From the sequence record PP047754: 64,000 nt of DNA; one strand, written 5' to 3'. The position numbers were made by a program, and so were the translations under genes. The notes beneath the pieces were generated by a model. The model was given only the letters and a program-made list of their open reading frames with translations, did not search any database and was not told where the DNA came from. Below are positions 57,606 to 64,000 of the stretch, piece after piece. Every line of letters starts with the position of its first letter. Within the stretch, counting starts at the first letter, position 1. Source of the DNA: Escherichia phage KEP4.

Positions 57606-57922
57606 GAAACATAATATTCTTGTTATTCTTTTCTATGTTGGCATCATTCCAAGTTGTGGCAACTCCGGCTAGCAAATTGAATATCTGTGCGGCCTGGTTG
57701 TCTACTTATCAACAATTTCACCCTGATGATAAAGATACATCCATCCTTTTATCAGATTATGAAGGTGAGTTGAAACGCCTTGATCTCTACAGCGTGGATC
57801 AAATAGAGAATGCTTTGGATTTGCCAATGATGGAGTCCGCTGCCGACAATAGCAAACAGACGATCAAAGATCTGACTATGTGTCGGGAAATAGCGACTAA
57901 TTTCGTTGGAAATCAAAGATAA
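57602..57922 (+). CDS. small exported protein with signal peptide (106 aa)
   Basis: AGGAG SD; MRNIIFLLFFSMLASFQVVA signal-like N-terminus; ATGA overlap with upstream gene. Confidence 0.5.
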   Translation: MRNIIFLLFFSMLASFQVVATPASKLNICAAWLSTYQQFHPDDKDTSILLSDYEGELKRLDLYSVDQIENALDLPMMESAADNSKQTIKDLTMCREIATNFVGNQR

Positions 57923-57972
57923 TTTTCAGGTTAAAATTTAACTTCCATTGAACTGAAAGGAAATACTTCGTG

Positions 57973-58935
57973 ATGATTATTACTAAAAAGATCGCCGAAT
58001 CGATCGTTGAAAAGAATAAGATGTTCGCGCCCAACAAAGCAAAGGTCATTCTGATTCACGAAGACGGGCGCGTCATCTTCGCTGAGAAGTTTGAGCAGGG
58101 TTGTGCTTTCTGGTTCGCAGATACTATGCGCGAAAGCAAGCTGCAGGGCATCATCTATAAATTGACTCTGGTTGCCAAGCGCAATGATCAGGGTGATTGG
58201 GTTACGGTCTGCGATTTCAGCTCTAAAGTTGAAACTAAACCCAAAACCCGCCAAGAAAGGATTTTAGAGGCTCAGGAAAAACTTCGAGTCGCTCGCACAT
58301 CATCCGCGGAGAAGCCGGAAATCAAACCAGCCGTTATGCCTGTCACCAAACTGCCTCCAGTGAGTGAAAAATCTGTTGAGCAGTACGCCGAGAAGCGCAA
58401 GGGTGACGGCATGTCTGTTTCTAAGATGTGTAAGATTGTTGAGCCTTTTAAGGGCGATTCTCCACATGAGCCGAATCCAGTATCTGAATCCCAGCGTTTG
58501 GTGAAACTGGAAGACGGCCATGTTGTGGAGAAGTCTGTTTTGACAGTAGAACCGTTCTTTCCAGATACAGCAAAAGTCAAATCGCTGGCTGAAAAAGTTC
58601 ACGGTTCAGAATTCATCTCCCTGCGCGAACTCGAACCACCTACCCGCCGCCGGATCGCAAATGAGTTATTTGTGTCTTTCAGACCTGACGGGAAGATCAT
58701 CCTGTGTAAAGCCCTGCGGGATTCTCTACCTTGGACAACCTTGAACATGGTAGTGACACGCGACTTCAATAGATTCGGTATCATGCAAGGCAAGGATTAC
58801 AACGTTAACCAGAGCGGCACTTACGTCAATCGTGCCATGTGTTCCAAGTTGGTCTTCCCTGAAGATACCGGAACCATACGTGTTCGTTTAGAATGGGATG
58901 AAACCCTGAACATGTATGTTGGTGATATAAAATAA
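57973..58935 (+). CDS. hypothetical protein (321 aa)
   Basis: ORF only; GTG 57970 is an alternative start. Confidence 0.55.
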   Translation: MIITKKIAESIVEKNKMFAPNKAKVILIHEDGRVIFAEKFEQGCAFWFADTMRESKLQGIIYKLTLVAKRNDQGDWVTVCDFSSKVETKPKTRQERILEAQEKLRVARTSSAEKPEIKPAVMPVTKLPPVSEKSVEQYAEKRKGDGMSVSKMCKIVEPFKGDSPHEPNPVSESQRLVKLEDGHVVEKSVLTVEPFFPDTAKVKSLAEKVHGSEFISLRELEPPTRRRIANELFVSFRPDGKIILCKALRDSLPWTTLNMVVTRDFNRFGIMQGKDYNVNQSGTYVNRAMCSKLVFPEDTGTIRVRLEWDETLNMYVGDIK

Positions 58936-58947
58936 TTCAATAACATT

Positions 58948-58978
58948 AAGGCGGTTATTATTAAACCGCCTTTTATTT
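58948..58978 (+). terminator. rho-independent terminator (aaggcggtt-attatt-aaccgcctt + TTATTTG)
   Basis: 9-bp stem plus U-rich tail. Confidence 0.75.
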
Positions 58979-58992
58979 GAGAGATCTATATT

Positions 58993-59661
58993 ATGAATAA
59001 GAAGAGTCGTATCATCATCGGCGCGGATCAGGGAAATCTGTATTTTGATACAACTGGTGCTATCGCCCACGCCATCCTTCCAACAGGTATTTCTGTTTAT
59101 TGCGTCGAACATCCAGATCCAGCGATCAAACGACTTTGTTACATCCATCGTGAAAAGGGATTGATCGTATTACCAGAAGGCGCAATTATGCGCGCTCGTT
59201 TTTGGCCGATTGATTTTAATTCCATGAGCAATAGGGAGATCGACGCCCGTTTCTTCGCATATAATATGAACCGGACTCTAAAAAATGAAACTCAGAGAGT
59301 TGTTCATTTCGACAATGAAACTCATGGAGTGACGTTAGAATTCAGAATTCGTGGTGAAGCTATTCAGGTGAAGAAATCAAGCTGGAAAACTGAAGGGACG
59401 TTCACATATGATTATGCGTTAATCGACAAATTGTGCAATCAGTTTCGCATTAGTCTGACTGCCAACGACGATTTAGGTCAGTATGTTGTATGGACAGCCC
59501 GTTCACCACATATGAACGGTATCATGATGGAGAGTGAAACTCGTAATCGCGCTGTGCTCCAACTGCTGCTGTTAGACGCGTATTCTCGCAACCCGTTGGA
59601 ATATCTGTCTCGGGAACAGATTGATAACGCGCTTTCTCATTGTAACCGTCTGGAGGTGTAA
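58993..59661 (+). CDS. hypothetical protein (222 aa)
   Basis: ORF only. Confidence 0.5.
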   Translation: MNKKSRIIIGADQGNLYFDTTGAIAHAILPTGISVYCVEHPDPAIKRLCYIHREKGLIVLPEGAIMRARFWPIDFNSMSNREIDARFFAYNMNRTLKNETQRVVHFDNETHGVTLEFRIRGEAIQVKKSSWKTEGTFTYDYALIDKLCNQFRISLTANDDLGQYVVWTARSPHMNGIMMESETRNRAVLQLLLLDAYSRNPLEYLSREQIDNALSHCNRLEV

Positions 59662-59662
59662 T

Positions 59663-59950
59663 ATGTCCGGCGTATGGTGTGATGTATTATTAGTGAGATT
59701 TTCAAATGGGATGGATAACCAGATTATTTCATTCTTTTATCCTGTTCCCTTTTCTTCTATGGGTCTGACTGTCAAGCGCGTTCTTGACATAGAAGAAAAC
59801 CTCAACGCTATGCCGTATATGGCGCGACCACACGTGCTGGGTTGTGAACTGTTAAACGAAATGATGATTGATGAGAATCTTGTTGAAACAATTATCACGC
59901 GTGAACAGATGAAAACCATACTGGCTCAGGGAGAACCCCATGTCGAATAA
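59663..59950 (+). CDS. hypothetical protein (95 aa)
   Basis: GGAGG SD 6 nt before ATG 59663. Confidence 0.5.
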   Translation: MSGVWCDVLLVRFSNGMDNQIISFFYPVPFSSMGLTVKRVLDIEENLNAMPYMARPHVLGCELLNEMMIDENLVETIITREQMKTILAQGEPHVE

Positions 59951-60260
59951 ACCGTTTGAACTTAAATTTCGCGTTTGGCATATTCCCCAGGTTCCTGGGA
60001 TCGCTTTTCATGTTGAGGTTCCAACATTTGAAGAAGCGCAGCGCCTGAAGAATGCTCTGGGTGATTATGATTTGTTCCAGTTCAACAACAATATCAAGCC
60101 GGATTATTGCAATGCTTCGGGCATTCAGATTTATCAACATGATCTGACCGATGATGATCTTAATGATATGGGTCTGGATGATCGTTGGGTTGATATGGAA
60201 GATGTTGACGAACTCAACGATTATTTCGAGCATCTGCGCAGTACAGGGTGGGAAATATGA
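59940..60260 (+). CDS. hypothetical acidic protein (106 aa)
   Basis: GGGAGA SD; Asp-rich C-terminal half. Confidence 0.5.
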   Translation: MSNKPFELKFRVWHIPQVPGIAFHVEVPTFEEAQRLKNALGDYDLFQFNNNIKPDYCNASGIQIYQHDLTDDDLNDMGLDDRWVDMEDVDELNDYFEHLRSTGWEI

Positions 60261-60565
60261 TTTCAAAATATATTGTAAAGCCTGGGGATACTCTGTCCAG
60301 GATCGCTCTAAAATTATATGGTGATGCCCAACAGTATATCAAATTAGCCAGATTCAACAATATCCAAAACCCAGGCCATATCACGGTTGGTCAGATTATT
60401 TGTTTACCCACACCTGTCGAAGACAAAGAACACATTATGATTCCGGTTCAACCGACTCAGAAGTGTTTGGATGCGATAGCTGGTTTATTTCGGCCAGGTT
60501 TTTGTGATGGAACTATTGAACGTCACATTTATCAAGCGATTGTGGAAAACGCAGGTGTAAAATGA
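60257..60565 (+). CDS. LysM-domain (peptidoglycan-binding) protein
   Basis: YIVKPGDTLSRIALKLYGDAQQYIKLARFNNIQNPGHITVGQIICLP is a canonical LysM motif; ATGA overlap with upstream gene. Confidence 0.65.
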   Translation: MISKYIVKPGDTLSRIALKLYGDAQQYIKLARFNNIQNPGHITVGQIICLPTPVEDKEHIMIPVQPTQKCLDAIAGLFRPGFCDGTIERHIYQAIVENAGVK

Positions 60566-60771
60566 TCGGATTAATTCGTTACCTGTTCATATTCGTAATT
60601 TCAACATTCATTTTATTTTTCTTTTTCAAATACTTGAAAGAGACTAAAATCTACCGAAGTAAACGTTGGCGCAAACGGGTGAGGGTAACTTTCCTGCTGC
60701 TGATTTCTTCGGTTACAATAACCGCACTCACATTGGGTGCATATATCTACATTTTTGAAGGGGTACATTGA
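60562..60771 (+). CDS. small membrane protein with two TM helices (69 aa); holin-like topology
   Basis: two hydrophobic segments separated by KETKIYRSKRWRKRVR; ATGA overlap. Confidence 0.45.
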   Translation: MIGLIRYLFIFVISTFILFFFFKYLKETKIYRSKRWRKRVRVTFLLLISSVTITALTLGAYIYIFEGVH

Positions 60772-61562
60772 TGTTCAAGAAATTGGTGTTCGGTGCAATT
60801 ATGGTTCTGGCTGCAAGTCTACTTTCTGGTTGTGGCGGCGTTATCGATGAAGGTAATGTCGGCGTTCGCACCCAATGGGGTGAAGTAGACATGAACCCTG
60901 TAACAGCGGGGATCTACACCAGCTTTGTTTCAAGCGTGGATGTTTACACGACCAAAGAAGCCGTTGTGAGTCTGACTAAAATGACGCCAAAGGCCAAAGA
61001 CAACCTGACTCTGGAAGACTTGGATGTGGATGTTTATTACACACCCAATGTCGCAAAGGTTCCGTGGTTCCATACCAAATTTGCTGGCCAGAGCGCCGAA
61101 CTCGATGATGGCACGATAGCGGTGGGTTTCAATCTAGTTAAAACTGCTGCAGCATCTTCTTCGATGGACGCCGTTTCTTCTCTTGATTCTATGACAATTC
61201 ACACCCAACGTGCTGAATTAGAGAAGATGATTAAAGACCGCACTCAGCAACAATTAGAGACTGCTGCGCCTGGCATGTTCACAATCACACGCGTGTTGGT
61301 CAAAAAGGCGCTGACGGATCCTTCTATTGAGCAGTCTATCCGTGATAATGTTATGGCGGACAAACGATTGGATACGGCAAGAAAGAACGTTGAAATTCGC
61401 GAGCAAGAAGCCCAAGCGAACCAGAAACTGACCACTTCGCTGACGCCTGAATATCTTCAACATGAATATAACATGGTATTACAATCATGTGCCAATAGTG
61501 GAAAATGTACTCTGATCGTTGACGGATCCGGCTCAGGTAAAATGCTGAACGTCGGCAAATAA
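60771..61562 (+). CDS. lipoprotein with SPFH/band-7-like domain, tentative
   Basis: signal plus lipobox MVLAASLLSGC; GNVGVRTQWGEV resembles the SPFH domain start; GAAGGGG SD. Confidence 0.5.
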   Translation: MFKKLVFGAIMVLAASLLSGCGGVIDEGNVGVRTQWGEVDMNPVTAGIYTSFVSSVDVYTTKEAVVSLTKMTPKAKDNLTLEDLDVDVYYTPNVAKVPWFHTKFAGQSAELDDGTIAVGFNLVKTAAASSSMDAVSSLDSMTIHTQRAELEKMIKDRTQQQLETAAPGMFTITRVLVKKALTDPSIEQSIRDNVMADKRLDTARKNVEIREQEAQANQKLTTSLTPEYLQHEYNMVLQSCANSGKCTLIVDGSGSGKMLNVGK

Positions 61563-61645
61563 ACGCTTTATTCAATAATATTTGTTAGGTAAGCTGTAGT
61601 CCTCTTGTAGTGAAACATTGTAAACAACTAACTGGAGTAATCCGA

Positions 61646-61924
61646 ATGAACCGTACTGATTTTATCGCTCACATCGCCCAGACTCAGGGTATGACCAAAG
61701 GCGAAGCAGAGAAGATCGTGGCATCCTTTATCAACGGCGTAAAAACTGCAGTCGCAGCTGGCCAATCTGTCCAATTCGTCGGCTTTGGCGCGTTTGAAGT
61801 TAAACATCAGGAAGCGCGCACTGGCCGCAACCCGCTGAACGGGCAAGCGATTCAGATCGAAGCGAAAAATGTTGTTAAATTCAAAGTCGGTGAAGGTCTG
61901 AAAGCTGCTGCCAACGGCCAGTAA
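61646..61924 (+). CDS. HU/IHF-family histone-like DNA-binding protein
   Basis: MNRTDFIAHIAQTQGMTKGEAEKIV...FGAFEVKHQEARTGRNPLNGQAIQIEAKNVVKFKVG is a canonical HU fold signature; GGAG SD. Confidence 0.8.
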   Translation: MNRTDFIAHIAQTQGMTKGEAEKIVASFINGVKTAVAAGQSVQFVGFGAFEVKHQEARTGRNPLNGQAIQIEAKNVVKFKVGEGLKAAANGQ

Positions 61925-61973
61925 TCACATCCAGAGCGGTCGTGCCTAGCACAGCGTGTTAGGCTAAAAGAGA

Positions 61974-62002
61974 AAGCCGAGGTTAATGCCTCGGCTTTTT
62001 CG
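61974..62002 (+). terminator. rho-independent terminator (aagccgagg-ttaatg-cctcggctt + TTTTCG)
   Basis: 9-bp stem plus U-tract after the HU gene. Confidence 0.85.
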
Positions 62003-62049
62003 TTGTTGGAATTCGGGTAAACTATAACAGAACCCAAAGGAGGAACAAC

Positions 62050-63771
62050 GTGACAGCATTTAATCAATACCGAAAGGCGATTGACGCCATAGGCCGTAAG
62101 GTTCCTATAGAAGAAATACAAAGCCTTGCCAAAAACGAATTTCCATATGACAAGGCGAACCAAGGCCAGATGGAATGTATCGTCGAAGCCGTTGATGCCT
62201 TGGTCAACAAAAAGGTCAAACACGTGATCATTGAAGCCCCAACTGGCGTGGGGAAATCTTTGATTGGGACAACAATTCATAAAGTGATTCGCCATTTGGT
62301 TTTACAGGCCGATCCTTATGGGCAATTCCGCACGTCTATCAGTACGCCTACCAAAGGTCTACAAGATCAGTATGCTGCTGAAAAGGCGGTAGCGATAGAC
62401 ATCCTGAAAGGCAAGAAGAACTATCGTTGCCACGTACACCCAGATGTGTATTACAACGCTGTGCAATGCCGTATAGCATGCCGCGACGGGCATTGTAGCA
62501 AACGCCGTTGTCCTTATGTACAGGCGCGTAATTTGTGGACGGATATTTCATCATTGCGTTGTACTAATGCTGCCATGATGATCGAAATGTGTACAACCAT
62601 CTGCATGAAGCCCGAAAACCGTTCCGATATGCTGATCCTTGACGAGTGCCATAAAATGCCCTCTACGCTCCTAGAGCACACGATCATGGAATACAATACA
62701 AAGGCCGTGGAGGGGCTGCGTTCTATCCCTGAGGGCAAGGAGATCGTCTCTACCATTGGTGATATCGTAGAACGTACCAAGGACTATGTCCTGGGCAAGT
62801 TATATTCTTTGTCTGGTGAACTACATTCAATGTTTGAAGACCTCCATCTCAAAGTAGAAAATTTGTTGGAAGTTCTTGAAGAATTGGTCGAAGATGATCG
62901 CTTGAGTGAAAGCCAAGTGATGAAACTCGCCGACATTATAGATGTCTTGCATAACTTGAGTGATTATTGTGGTATTATGTCACAAACCCAAGCAAGTACA
63001 TTTATTGTGCAAGATAAGGGGGAAGATTTTATCCGGTTTAAACCTGTTATGCCTTCTGATGTAAGCGAATTCGGGTTATTCCGAAAAGCCGATTATCACG
63101 TTCATATGTCAGCAACGATCTGTGGTATAGATTCGTATGCTCGTTCATTGGGTATTCGACAGGGGGATTATCATTCCATTCAGATCGGCAATCCTATCCC
63201 AATTGAAAACAGAAAAGTCAACTATATGCCCATAGTGAAGATGACTAACAATATGGGCGACTATGAAATGAAAAGGTTGACGGAATATATTGATGAAATA
63301 ATCGCGTTCCACCCAGGTCAGTCCGGCATTATCCATACAGTGAGTTATGATCGCGCCTTGGCAATACAAAAATTCAGCAAATATCAGAATTTTATCCATG
63401 TTCCGCGTACCCGAAAGGCGTTGATGGATATTATGGAAAATGCTTTTAGAACAAAGTCCCCATGCGTCATTGCCAGTCCGGCTATGGAAGAAGGTTATGA
63501 TTTCAAAGGGGATTACAGCCGTTTCCAAATACTGATCAAAGTCCCTTATGATTATCTGGGCGATCCACTGATAGCACATATCAATTCAGTGGATCCGTCG
63601 GCATATTTCCGCAATGCAGTACTGCGCATTGTTCAAATGTGTGGACGTTCGGTCAGGGGTGTTGATGACTGGGCTGCGACATACATCATTGATTCATCCT
63701 TTGAATCTCTTATGATGCGCAACCCAGAATTCTTCCCAACCTGGTTCACCGATGCAGTGTTTGAGGTTTAA
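62050..63771 (+). CDS. DinG/Rad3(XPD)-family Fe-S helicase
   Basis: GTG start with AAAGGAGG SD; Walker A APTGVGKS, DEAH-type LDECH, Cys cluster (CHVHPD...CRIACRDGHCSKRRC), motif VI QMCGRSVRG. Confidence 0.75.
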   Translation: MTAFNQYRKAIDAIGRKVPIEEIQSLAKNEFPYDKANQGQMECIVEAVDALVNKKVKHVIIEAPTGVGKSLIGTTIHKVIRHLVLQADPYGQFRTSISTPTKGLQDQYAAEKAVAIDILKGKKNYRCHVHPDVYYNAVQCRIACRDGHCSKRRCPYVQARNLWTDISSLRCTNAAMMIEMCTTICMKPENRSDMLILDECHKMPSTLLEHTIMEYNTKAVEGLRSIPEGKEIVSTIGDIVERTKDYVLGKLYSLSGELHSMFEDLHLKVENLLEVLEELVEDDRLSESQVMKLADIIDVLHNLSDYCGIMSQTQASTFIVQDKGEDFIRFKPVMPSDVSEFGLFRKADYHVHMSATICGIDSYARSLGIRQGDYHSIQIGNPIPIENRKVNYMPIVKMTNNMGDYEMKRLTEYIDEIIAFHPGQSGIIHTVSYDRALAIQKFSKYQNFIHVPRTRKALMDIMENAFRTKSPCVIASPAMEEGYDFKGDYSRFQILIKVPYDYLGDPLIAHINSVDPSAYFRNAVLRIVQMCGRSVRGVDDWAATYIIDSSFESLMMRNPEFFPTWFTDAVFEV

Positions 63772-63998
63772 TAACCCGCAATAAACGATAAATGGCACTT
63801 GATATTTGGTTCAAGTGTCGTTATCGTGATAATCATATTGTCCACATCTTGGCTGAAAGATATATTTGCGATCGGTTTGGTTTGAACATGATTATACAGG
63901 CTATAAATCAGATCTTCACCACGATAACCGATTTTGCCATCAGTGTCCTGCCAATGACCGAGGGTAGACTCTCGAGCGTGTACTCGGAATTCGACCAT
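63768..63998 (-). CDS. hypothetical protein (76 aa or longer), convergent with the helicase; may extend beyond the window
   Basis: minus-strand ORF with ATG at 63998, 2 nt from the window end. Confidence 0.35.
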   Translation of the reverse strand: MVEFRVHARESTLGHWQDTDGKIGYRGEDLIYSLYNHVQTKPIANISFSQDVDNMIITITTLEPNIKCHLSFIAGY

Positions 63999-64000
63999 AT

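Noticed and set aside
1-64000. tRNA, rRNA or CRISPR features
   Set aside because: No T-loop-like GGTTCGAATCC contexts with cloverleaf potential, no rRNA-like stretches and no regularly spaced direct repeats were seen by eye; a tRNAscan or Infernal run would be needed to exclude tRNAs.

Overview
This window is a 64-kb segment of a large virulent myovirus genome with a T4-type core. Nearly all genes are on the + strand and tightly packed. The four tandem tailspike paralogs and the CTAAATAcccc late-promoter-like boxes suggest an Ackermannviridae (Vi1/CBA120-like) phage of an enterobacterial host; that assignment is inference. Layout: baseplate and fibre genes (1.0-4.9 kb); four tailspike paralogs (4.95-15.8 kb); a 1612-aa virion protein; a T4-syntenic morphogenesis block gp13-gp14-gp15-TerS-TerL-sheath-[GIY-YIG]-tube-portal-core proteins-prohead protease-scaffold-major capsid (21.4-35.0 kb); an island of small unknown ORFs; UvsY-like, nuclease, UvsW; sliding clamp, clamp loader, RegA (43.6-46.3 kb); then an accessory region of mostly uncharacterised genes (46-64 kb). 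Most notable: a 159-aa mini-intein in the terminase P-loop; an ACP-like protein with Asp in place of the phosphopantetheinylated Ser; late-promoter boxes fused to hairpins whose 3' arm is the G-rich ribosome-binding site; a sialidase/BNR-like tailspike; a free-standing GIY-YIG nuclease between sheath and tube genes. I saw no rRNA, tRNA or CRISPR array. All product calls rest on motif and synteny reading without database searches. Many track ORFs begin at TTG/GTG; starts were moved to the first ATG with a plausible Shine-Dalgarno where noted.
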